Below the pieces are notes generated by a model. The model was not told the origin of the DNA. It saw only the letters and a list, made by a program, of their open reading frames with translations, and did no database searches. Positions 39,527 through 51,203 of a DNA stretch of 64,000 nt are shown in pieces. Both the position numbers and the translations under genes were made by a program. This DNA is from Octopus sinensis (lineage: Eukaryota): positions 47,368,001-47,432,000 of the forward strand of contig NC_043009.1 in assembly GCF_006345805.1 (NCBI RefSeq). The letters run 5' to 3'. Numbering within the stretch: position 1 is the stretch's first letter; each line of letters opens with the position of its first letter.

Positions 39527-39945
39527 TTGGTCTCAAGAATTTGTCTTATGAAGAAAGGCTGAAGATGCTCAACCTTTATTCTCTAGAAAAATGACGACGC
39601 CGTGGTGATCTCATTCTTGCTCACAACATCATAAGCGGAAAGTGTAACCTCTCGAAAGAGCTGTTCTTCACTCCTGCTCCAGAGCGTCAGCTGCGGGGTC
39701 ACTCCGAAAAGCTCTATCTGCGACGATTTCATCTCAATCGAAGGAGAGGGGCTTTCTCCGTCCGGGTTGCAGATCCGTGGAATAAGCTGCCGGACGAGAT
39801 GGTGAAGATGCCGACAACCGCTCGGTTCAAAGTCTCCCTTGACCACAAGTGGCCTGACCTCTTTACATGAACACCACCCTGTACATAACTCCATGTCCCC
39901 CAACATGGCCTTGCTTTTTGAGCCAAACATTAACTAACTAACTAA
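39527..39945 (+). mobile_element. CR1-clade LINE 3' fragment with (CTAA)n tail
   Basis: Translates to LSYEERLKMLNLYSLEK*RRRGDLI...LRGHSEKL...FSVRVADPWNKLP (CR1 ORF2 C-terminus); ends taactaactaacta. Confidence 0.85.
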
Positions 39946-41331
39946 CCACCACCACCAGCACCTTTCTCGTTCATGCTGGCATGGTTCGGATGGTTTGGCT
40001 TGAATTGAGGAGACAAAATGGGCTGCATCGGGCTCCAATCTACTCTGGCATGATCACTACAGCTGGATGCTTTTTCCTAACACCAACCACTTCACAGAGT
40101 GTACTGGGTGTGTTTTTCACAGCACCAGTGTTGGTGAGGTCATCAAGTACCCACAAGACAATATCAGTAGCAAGGCCCAACAGCAAAGGCTGGTTTTACC
40201 CCCACCACTGCATCATGCTGGTTCTGTATCCTTTTGAGCAACATCAAATTCACTCATCCATCCACAAACACTCTCCAAGCTTTCCTATCATTTGTGGTAT
40301 CAAATTAAGTGAATTTAAAATCACACCTTATAATTTATAACATTAAATCACTTTATAACTGAAACATTCGAAAACAACAAGACTGTTTCAGTTATAAAAT
40401 GATTTAATGTTATAAATTATAAGGTGTGATTTTAAATTTACATAATTTGATATCATAGAATCTCATTCATTTCTATATAAATAAGCCTCTTCTTTTGAAT
40501 ACCAGTCATGATGTCATATGTATTTAGTCACAGAGTGTATTTAGGTTCCACAAGGACTTTTCAGTAGACTGGGATGAAGTGAAATGAGACTGGTTTCATT
40601 GTTACTTAAACACTTATTAGAATTCATTTACTTCTCTGATGCTGAGTAAAGACTACCAGTTAAAATGCAAGCAAAAGTATACATAGGCAAAGCTTGTACC
40701 ACGATTGGTATAACAGTCGAAGTTGGACGGTATGGCAATAGCAAATGATGTACCAATACAGCAGAGCTTATATAAATAGATATGCAGAATAATATTGACC
40801 CGTGTTTAGTTTACTTGTGAAACTAGAGCCTTGTAATGATTGAACTGACAGATCTGTTATTTAACAACTCATCAGGCTTGCTTACTACTTCTTCCAGGTA
40901 GGAACCATCATGAAAATGTTTTGTGTCTGGCACAATCTTGTTTATATTTTTCATGAATTATTTTCTGGAAATTACTACCCAGCATATTAGAAATAGGTAA
41001 ACCCTGAAGAGTTGTTAAATAATAAAATGATAAATTTGGTCCTCATCCTAATCTGCTAAAAATGCTCGCATGGGGCATAATTTCACTGAGACTAAACAGA
41101 TATTGTAAGACGTCTGTATATTTATGCATTCACTTATGTGTGTGGGTGTATGTTTATGTGTATGTGTGTGGCTGTGTGGTTAAAAGTTTGCTTCCCATTC
41201 TTGTGGTTTTGGGTTCAGTACCACTGTATGGTACGTTCGGAAAGTGTCTTCTGTTATGGGTCTAGGTTGACCTAAGCCTTGTGAGTGGATTTGATAAACA
41301 GAAACTGAAAGTATTTCACTACACACACACT

Positions 41332-41386
<55 letters not shown>

Positions 41387-43790
41387 TATATAAACACACA
41401 TATATACGTCTTTTGTTTATATGGATGAGTGTGAATATGTGTCTCTTTGTCTTGACATAGTACAATAATTGTAAGCAAGTATCACTGCCATATAAGCAGT
41501 GTTCTTCATCCCTAATCTTCTGTGTAAGCATATATAGCCTTTCTTGCATATATAATGCCTTTCTTGCAAGCAGTTAATGGTAGGTGACAGGAAAGGTACC
41601 CAGCTATAGAAAATCTGCCTCAACAAATTCTAACCCATGCAGTTATGGAAAAGTGAATGTTAAAATGAGGATTACGATTATATATATGTATAAGCTGTAT
41701 CTATATAAGAACCCACATTTATATAGTTACATATACAAAACTATATATTGGCACAAAAATTTATGTAAATGTGTGTGTTTAGAAATTCAAATAATTTGTA
41801 AATAAAAGTGAAAGAGAGTACTCAACATACTCAACATATGTGGTGGAAGATATTGTTTAACTTAACTGTTTTTTTTTCTTTTTTTTAGGGATTCAAGTTT
41901 CATGCATTTGCAATCTTCAGGCTTGCATTACATTTGTGAAACCTTTATATACCTCAGTCCATTAACTTGATTAATTAACAACAATGATGGTATAATGTGT
42001 TAACACAGTTTATTTCAGTTAACACTGAAACCACTCACAAATTGATGAGTGTTTTGTTAGCTTTTAGTACTTAATTCAGATGTTATCATAAGTATTATTG
42101 CTTTGGGAAGGAATGACATTGCCATGCTGAGTTCCTTTAATTGCACTGACCTAACATGAAATCTTCATATAGGATTCCAATCAACTTAGGGTTTATAGGA
42201 CATATCATATTAACACATTCCTTATAGACTTGCACCACATGTGTATAGGAAATTTTGCATGTCATTCAAGATATCTACACATGCACACGCAAGCGTGCAC
42301 ACACACATATATAATTGGCAGTGGTCGATTTTAGCATCTAAGGAACAGGCTTTCTGCAAATCCAATATTTAATTCTTCTGTGTTTCCATCTATGTCATGC
42401 CTTTCTGATTAAAAAAAAAGGCTAAATATGATAATGGTCTTAGTGATGATAATTACTGTAATGATGATAATGACAAAGATGATGTAATGGTAATTACACC
42501 TCTTTTGAAAGGTTAACAGCTTACATTAACATCGATCACCTCAGATCAACCCCTTACCCAGTGCTTTGTTAGCCTAAAGGTAGAGAATATAATTATCTTG
42601 CATCTGACCAAGCCGTAAAATGTATTACATGGAATTCCATAATTAATAGAATTAATAGACTGGTGGAAGGAGTAAAGTAAACGAGTGGAATGTAACCATA
42701 AGCAAGCATACACACACACACACACACACGCATGTACACGTACACACATTTCCATCTCCATTTATCAATAATCTTTATGAAGTGAAATATAATAGAGACA
42801 GCAGAATATGAGAAGAAAGGAGAGGAAAACCAGCACAAAGTATTGTTTGAGGTGATGAAGAAGATGTGCAGCTTCAAGCATATGCATTTAGATTTCTAGT
42901 TACCATTCTTTTGATAAGGGAATTCAGAGAAGATAGGTTTCACATTTGGTTGTAGCGAACTGTTGCATACCTCATGTATTGAGGTCTCCTGTGAAGGGTC
43001 ATGACAGAAGTCACTGACAAGCAAGATAAGGGGGATATCAGCTGTCAAGACAGAGTACATAGGGAGTAGAGTGTCAGATGACTAAACATGTCCAAAATCA
43101 TTGCAGCATTATCAAAGACAGACTCAAACCCAATACAAGCCTGCATTCAATTTTTAACTAATTTAAATTTTGGAGTAGTCACCCCTACATATCTTGACCA
43201 GAACTAAACATTAAGCTGATGATATCTTTTACTGCACTTTGGCTGCCTTTTTAATTATTTTATACGTAAAAGGCACTTGTGTTGGTGACACATAAAAGGC
43301 ACCCACTACACTTTTGGAGTGGTTGGTGTTAGGAAGGGCATCCAGCTGTAGAAATCAAGTCAAACCAGACTGAACCCTGGTACAGCTCTCTATCTTGTCA
43401 GTTCCAGTCAAGCTGTCTAACCCATGCCAGCATGGAAAACAGGCACTAAACGACAATGTTATGATTATTATTATTTTTCACTTTCATGTATAAGAATGTA
43501 TGAACATTCAAGGGAACATGAAACAATTTTTGGGGGTACAGACCAGTGATGTCAAACAGCAATGTTTAGCCAAGCCCCCAGTTCAATTTTATAGAAAAAA
43601 TAAATTTTAACTTAAAATATTCTCTAAAATATACATATCATGAGCATGTATTAAAATTTGGAAAACAAGAACATACAATGTTTAGTTCAGTCCCCTTACT
43701 CAAATTTTCAAAAAGACTTTTTAAATAATTTTTATATATATAATTATTACATAATTTAAAAATATTCTACACAATATATATTATATATAT

Positions 43791-44200
43791 AGGCGCAGGA
43801 GTGGCTGTGTGGTAAGTAGCTTGCTAACCAGCCACATGGTTCCGGGTTCAGTCCCATTGCGTGGCATCTTGGGCAAGTGTCTTCTGCTATAGCCCCGGGC
43901 CGACCAATGCCTTGTGAGTGGATTTGGTAGACGGAAACTGAAAGAAGCCTGTCGTATATATGTATATATATATATGTATGTGTGTGTGTTTGTGTGTCTG
44001 TGTTTGTCCCCCTAGCATTGCTTGACAACCGATTCTGGTGTGTTACATCACCGTCACTTAGCGGTTCGGCAAAAGAGACCGATAGAATAATTACTGGGCT
44101 TACAAAGAATAAGTCCCGGAGTCTATTTGCTCGACTAAAGGCGGTGCTCCAGCATGGCCGCAGTCAAATGACTGAAACAAGTAAAAGAGTAAAAGAGTAT
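43791..44200 (+). mobile_element. SINE family A copy
   Basis: Same modules as 56663-57065. Confidence 0.9.
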
Positions 44201-45206
44201 ATATACACATACATACATTGCTAACAGGCTTCAGATCTGGAACCTGTTTAAAGCTGTTATCAACAGCAATTTTGATTAGTCATATTAATGCACCACAGGG
44301 AATCTTTTGACTATTACTTAATAAAACTATGTATATACCATGTGAATGAGTAGAAATAGCATAAGCTTTGAGGAGCAGGGGACACTGTGTTTCAAATCAA
44401 ATGTGACCCCTGCTCTTCAAAGCTAGCTGACTTCATGCAATTTTGATTCAAATACTCCTGATCTCTCATTACACCTAGTGCGTCCCTGTTTCCAGATCCC
44501 ACTCTCGCCACTATGTTCAGTACAACTTCAACAGAACACTGAGCTTCAAGAACCCCCTTCTCTGTTCAGGAACATTAGCCACATTGATCACACTAGTCTA
44601 GGAGGGTCTTGCAAAGAAGACCTTTGACACAACCCTACTCATATCCAAACTATTAAATATATAAATAATGAAATAAAAATTGGAACAAAACAAAGCAAAA
44701 GCAATTTGTTGCTGGAAGTAGTGGACAATGTAGTAAGATGGACATATGTTATCCATGTTTAGCATGGGAGAGTAGATATTCAAATTGTATTGAGGATGTC
44801 AAGGTGGGGTTGGGTGGGTAGGATGTCAGGATATGTTGGGAGAAATGTTAATATAGGCACAGACATGGTTTTAGGGTTAAGAAGCTCGCTTTGCAACCAT
44901 GTGGCTGGGTGTGATCTCACTGTGAAGCACCTTGGGCAAGTTCCTTCTACTATAGCCTTGGGCTGACCAATGCCTTGGAAGTGAATTTGGTAAACAAAAG
45001 CTGTACGAAAGCCTATCATTTGTATATTTGTAAATATATGTATGTATGAATTGACAAGAATATGTTCTAGAATTGCAGCCTGCCCATGAACTGACAAAAC
45101 ACATACTTTGTGTATGTGTTTGATATTATTTTTATATATATATATACATATGTGTGGTGTGTTGTGTGTGTGTGTACATACATATACATATATGAATATG
45201 CATGTA

Positions 45207-45247
<41 letters not shown>

Positions 45248-45559
45248 CTATACACATATACATACATATATATTTATACATATCTATACACATATACATA
45301 CATATATATATATTTACACACACATATGTTTGCATGTTAGTGTGCTTGTATTTGCCAACAGTTGTTGGTTTGTTTACGTCACAGTAAGTTAGCAGTTTGG
45401 CAAAAGAGACCAGTAGAGTAAGTACCAGACTTTAAAACAAAACCGTACTGGTGTTGATATTTGTTTGACTAAACCTCTTCAATGCAATGCCCCAGCATGG
45501 TCACAGTTAAACGACTGTAAAACACATAAAATATAAATAATCCTTTCTCCTGGAAGCAC

Positions 45560-45940
45560 AAGGCCTCAAATTTGGGGAAGGGATTAAGTCGATTACATTG
45601 ACCCCAGTGCGTAACTGGTACTTATTTAATCGACCCCAAAAGGATGAAAGGCAAAGTCGACCTCGGCGGAATTTGAATTCAGAACGTAGCAGCAGATGAA
45701 ATACCTATTTCTTTACTATCCATAAGGGGCTAAACACAGAGAGGACAAACAAGGACAGACAAATGAATTAAGTCGATTATATCGACCCCAGTGCATAACT
45801 GGTACTTATTTAATCGACCCCAAAAGGATGAAAGGCAAAGATAACCTCAGTGGAATTTGAACTCAGAATGTAATGATGGGCGAAATATCGCTAAGCATTT
45901 CACCCAGCGTGTTAATAATTCTGCCAGCTCACCGCCTTAA
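45560..45940 (-). mobile_element. SINE family B dimer/nested pair immediately downstream of exon E4b
   Basis: Two tandem copies of the central domain. Confidence 0.85.
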
Positions 45941-46035
45941 ATAAAAGATAAATAATAAAAGGATATTTGGAAGACATAGAGAGAGAGAGGGTGGGTAGGG
46001 AGAGGTGAAACAAACAAAAGTGACTGCAAGCCAAC

Positions 46036-46113
46036 CTGCATGTGAAAAATCATAAGCTCATTGGCTAACTGGTTGCGACGCTGAGAAACATCCAGCTTCT
46101 GGTACATGACGCA
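46036..46113 (-). CDS. PDE2A: PDE2-like exon E4b (tandem paralogue of E4a, candidate mutually exclusive exon): CVMYQKLDVSQRRNQLANELMIFHMQ
   Basis: Acceptor (t)9cttgttacag, donor gttggc; 78 nt, phase 0-0, no stop. 14/26 identical to E4a. Confidence 0.85.
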
Positions 46114-46218
46114 CTGTAACAAGAAAAAAAAATGAAAAACAACAATATTGTAAGGGTGAGTGCAGGACATGCAAGCAAGAGCTAGTACAACAATGGGACG
46201 GGTTGTTTCCTGGGTTAC

Positions 46219-46296
46219 CTTCATGTGATACATCATCAGTTCGTTTATCAAATTGTTCCTGGCTTGCGAATCTATCACTTTGTTGTACATAAGAGA
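46219..46296 (-). CDS. PDE2A: PDE2-like exon E4a (GAF-B/catalytic linker helix, alternative copy a): SLMYNKVIDSQARNNLINELMMYHMK
   Basis: Acceptor ttttccag, donor gtaacc; 78 nt, phase 0-0. About 16/26 identical to recalled human [26 protein letters not shown]. Confidence 0.93.
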
Positions 46297-46756
46297 CTGG
46301 AAAAGATGACAATTTCGCAGTTAAGACCAGCTGAACGCATGTCATCTATTTTCACATCAAACATCTCCAACTAATGCAGTTTGGCTGTATCTGTCAATTT
46401 TTCACTGGGTTACTATTACAACAATTAACACATGAGAAACATAACAATTTAATAAACTATATAAGTAAACGAGAAAAAAATTCTATGTGACTTTAGCAAT
46501 TATTCGGACTGATTCGGTAAAGATCGATCTCTCTCTACCTTCATTTAAATTATTGAGATTAGACGATACATGGATATGGTAGACAAAAACAAACAAAAAA
46601 GTCAATTGGAATTAATCAATTGTAACAAATAAATAATTAGTAACGAACAGTACAAATAGATCAATAAATAACTGTTTGCGGGTTTGGATAAAATAGTAAA
46701 AACAACTGCATGTATCTGTACATATACATATATATACAAACATATATGTCTGTGTT

Positions 46757-46798
<42 letters not shown>

Positions 46799-46945
46799 AT
46801 ATATAATAAAATATTACTCATTATCTTTTATTAAATTTTTAATACTTTTGATATATATTTAAAATAATATAAATTAATTAATTTTATGTATTGGCTTAAG
46901 TTTTCATTGTTTGATTTGCCTAATAGTGGTTTTATCTCTAATTTA

Positions 46946-46993
<48 letters not shown>

Positions 46994-47642
46994 TGTGTGT
47001 TTTCACACACACATACACTTGGTGTTTATAATCTTCTTACAACATGGCCATATGTTATAACTCTCAATTCTTCAAATAAGACTCTTAAAACTCTTCTATG
47101 AAGAGATGAGAGGTATTAATATGTGCCAGGATTTTATCCAGCATTGAAAAATGTAGTGATGATCCAGCTGGCATGAGACAGAAAAGATCTGGAGAGGATT
47201 GAGTGATTAGTAATAATAACATGAAATATACAATATATATAATATATATATATATGTTGCATTTTGGGAGGGCCATATTGGCAATAAGAACACACACATT
47301 GGTTGCATTTCACTTCAGTTTTATTATGAGTTAATTAAACATTTAGTTATTCGATTAAATTAATTATTGATTAATTACTGATTAGTTTGTTAAACTTTAA
47401 TCACAGCCTTTCCCCCTTTTACACACTCCATGTTCTTTACTATGTGAGTAATGGTTAATTCTGAATTTTATTCAGTCAATTTTATTTACATAGTGTGTGT
47501 CTGTTGTTTAATTTTTAACTGGAGTGGTGGTGCTGCTACTCTGTGTGTGTGTTGTTGCATGTGATCATGAATGTCTATGTGTGGGGTGTTGTGAGTTGAA
47601 ATTTTGGGACTTTTGAGATCAGACAATGTTGCTTACACAAAC

Positions 47643-47675
<33 letters not shown>

Positions 47676-48207
47676 CATGTGTGTATGAGCATATGCATGT
47701 GTGAATTTATATGTTGTTTTTTTCTTTTGTTTTGCTTGAGACTTATAATTTGTTTTTTCCTTGTCCATTCAATATGTTCAATGCAACAACCCCCCCACAC
47801 ACACATACATCCATGCACAACCAGCACTACCAACACCACCTTGATCCCAATTTAAAAAAAAATATCATACACACATATCCACACACATAATATGAATATA
47901 CAAAGCAGAAGAAAATAAAAAATAGACTATTTGTCACACACTAAAAATTGCAAAGAACAAAGAATATGTGATATCAGGGAGAAAATGTAAGAGGAGCACT
48001 AATGCATGAAGTATGTAATCCATTGACAATAAAACTGAAGTGATCTACAACCAGTGTGTGAGGCTGTATTAGCCGTATGACCCTCACAAAATATAAAAAT
48101 ATTGGTTTCAAACATATAATTTCATATCTAGAAATTTTGCAAAACAAATACAAAAATGAAACAAGAAAAATTATAAATATAAATACATACATACATACAT
48201 ATATATA

Positions 48208-48238
<31 letters not shown>

Positions 48239-48326
48239 ATAACAGTAACAATAATAATGAGAATACACACACACATAAATTTAGACACATACATACACAT
48301 CAACAGATGCACATATATATATACAC

Positions 48327-48384
<58 letters not shown>

Positions 48385-48497
48385 GTGTGTGTGTGTGTGT
48401 GGTGTGTGTGTGTGTGTGTGTGTGTGTGTGACCGCATGTGTACCATTGGCGATTTTTTTTCTCTGTCTTCCCTTCTCTGGATCTTTCCTTCTCCGAT

Positions 48498-48532
48498 GTT
48501 TCCGACGAAGAGCTCTGCTCGAAACGTTAAAC
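48498..48532 (+). ncRNA. Minimal type I hammerhead-like motif with CCGA core variant, inside a short repeat (~48430-48610)
   Basis: GUUU-CCGACGA-AGAG(cucug)CUC-GAA-ACGU-U-AAAC. The same repeat family occurs without this motif at ~101-190(-). Confidence 0.6.
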
Positions 48533-49459
48533 TTTCCTGAGTGTCCAATAATACTATATTTGTTCCATGTCCTCACGTTGTGTTTTTTGTGCTTTCATGT
48601 TTGGATTAATTTTATATATATATATATATATTCATGTAGGCATGATTGATTGGTTAAATAGTTTGTTTCGCGATCATGTAGTCTCAAGTTTGTCTGTTGA
48701 TTACTTGGAATCCTTGAAACAAACTTCTTAATCATTGAGCAATGTGTAGGTGAATATGTATACATGTGTATGTGTTTATACCTGTGTATATATATATGTG
48801 TGTGTATATATGTGCACATATATATGATGAACTTACCATCAGAGTAACTGTATATCTGTATACATAAAATTGTTAACAGGGATCATTAATTAGTTTTAAA
48901 TATTTTTCATTTTTACCCAATTTCTAGCAAAGAGCTTTTAAAATATAAAACGTATCTAGAACATAGACAGTTTCAACACAACTTACTGAAGTGATTAAAA
49001 AAAAAAAAGAAACCCAAAAACATTATGTATGCTAAGGTATTGATTCTCAGCCTCAATAACCACTTAGAAAAATCACATCTGATTTCATTGGTATATACGT
49101 AGTAAACCTTGTAATTACCTATTTCTTTACTATCCACAAGGGGCTAAACACAGAGGGGACGAACAAAGACAAACGGATTAAGTCGACTATATCGACCCCA
49201 GTCCGTAACTGGTACTTATTTAATCAACCCCGAAAGGATGAAAGGCAAAGTCGACCTCGGCGAAATTTGAACTCAGAACGTAAAGACAGACGAAATACCG
49301 CTAAGCATTTCGCCCGACAATTACCCTTAATTGCATAAAATAATATAAAAACTGTAAGAAGTGAGATATAACACTACAACTACTAATGATAATAACAACA
49401 ACAACAGTAACAAGAACAACAAAAATAATAATAATGATAATGAATACCTACTGATGAAG

Positions 49460-49960
49460 TCTAAAGAATGGACCTTCATCAACATAGCTATTCCTGCAGA
49501 GCAGTATATTGTGAAGATAGAGAAAAAGTAAGTTAGGAAGTACCAAGATCTAGAACTGGAATTGAAAGGAATCCATAGAGTCTCAAAAGTGAGTGTGGTG
49601 GTGCCTATTGTGACCGGTGCACTTGGGGTGCCATCTCAAAGAGAGCAAATATTTTGGCATCAAAAGCTACAAATACCAAACATCAAACTTCATAGGAAGT
49701 ATTCAACTGGCAGTAATACTTGGAACAGTTTTGCCTTTCTAAACCGCAGAATGGAGCTAAGACATGACATAGATAAATCAGAAGAAGTTAAGTGAATAAA
49801 TAATGATGGTGATGATAATGATGATGATGATCACTCCTGTTTTGACATGATTGTCTGAAAGATTCTGCTAGTTGGCTGCCTTGATAATGAAAATAATAAT
49901 AGAGCTTCGACAGAAAATTTGCCTCTTTGGGATAGGAAAGATTATCAGGAAGGTTCTAAG
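49460..49960 (+). pseudogene. Decayed R4/Dong-type LINE relic (RLE endonuclease and C-terminus)
   Basis: FINIAIPAE..KYQDLELEL...VVPIVTGALG and QKICLFGIGKIIRKVLS motifs. Confidence 0.65.
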
Positions 49961-50131
49961 CAAGAATATTTGCAGTAGCCCTTCTTTTACTGAATGTTAG
50001 GAAAATTCCCTTTCGTAATATGAAAGGGAATTGACAGAAATGTTTAGATGGTGATCGTGGTAGTGGTGATAGTAGTTAGGACAGTGGTGATGATGATGGA
50101 GATGATGATGATGATGGTGATGATGATGGAG

Positions 50132-50164
<33 letters not shown>

Positions 50165-50572
50165 ATATTCTTTTACTCTTTTTATCTGTTTCAGTCATTT
50201 GACTGTGGCCATGCTGGAGCACAGCCTTTAGTTGAGCAAATCGACCCCAGGACTTATTCTTTGTAAGCCTAGTACTTATTCTATCGGTCTCTTTTACCGA
50301 ACTGCTAAGTTACGGGGACATAAACACACCAACGTCGGTTGTCAAGTAATGTTGGAAAGGACAAACAGACACACAAACATATACACACACATACATATAC
50401 ATATATATGATGGGCTTCTTTCAGGCTCCGTCTACCAAATCCACTCATAAGGCTTTGGTCAGCCCGAAGCTATAGTAGAAGACACTTGCCCAAGTTGCCC
50501 CGCAGTGCGACTGAACCCAGGACCATGTGGTTGGTAAGCAAGCTACTTACCACACAGCCACTCCTGCACCTA
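50165..50572 (-). mobile_element. SINE family A copy
   Basis: Revcomp match. Further diverged copies at ~44870-45530(+) and ~59685-60015(-). Confidence 0.88.
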
Positions 50573-50980
50573 TATGATTATGATGAACATGAAGAAGCTG
50601 ATGAGGATGGTGATATCGTTGACGATGATGATGATGATGATGTTAATGATGACCAACATAATGTGATTTGAAGATGTTCATTTCAACAAAGTGTTTTCCA
50701 ACCATTTTTTTTTTGCATATGAACCCTATTGATTCCTATTTCACTCTACAGGACCCTAATTGACATTCAATATCTAAAAAATCCTATTATATTTTAGAAT
50801 TAAATATTATTAAGAATTGTATGAAAAAAATTGTAAAAATATTTTGTGTATAGTAGCAGTATAACTAATTTATTGTGCAAGCTGGTGTTCATTCTTATCA
50901 GAGTGATGATGTTACATAATTGTTTTAGTGCACCAGAAGGAACATTTAAGATTAGATTGCATCACCAGGCATACTCTAGA

Positions 50981-51203
50981 ATTATTTCTTTATTGCCCAC
51001 AAGGGGCTAAACAGAGAGGGGACAAACAAGGACAGACAAAGGGATTAAGTCGACCCCAGTGCGTAACTGGTACTTAATTTATCGACCCCGAAAAGAGGAA
51101 AGGCAAAGTCGAACTCGGCAGAATTTGAACTCAGAACGTGACAGCAGATGAAATACCTCTAAGCATTTTGATCTGCACGCTAACGATTCTGCCAGCTCGT
51201 CTG
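50981..51203 (-). mobile_element. SINE family B
   Basis: 13-bp TSD ggcatactctaga (50968-50980 / 51204-51216). Confidence 0.9.

Noticed and set aside
46405-46560. Possible third linker exon upstream of E4a (gtaacccag donor copy at 46405-46413; ATGAAG|gt at 46539)
   Set aside because: No 78-nt open frame, no suitable acceptor, and no homology to E4a or E4b.
49451-49490. CTGATGA-AGTC..GAC hammerhead-like start
   Set aside because: No GAAA half-core or helix III; lies at the edge of an R4/Dong relic.
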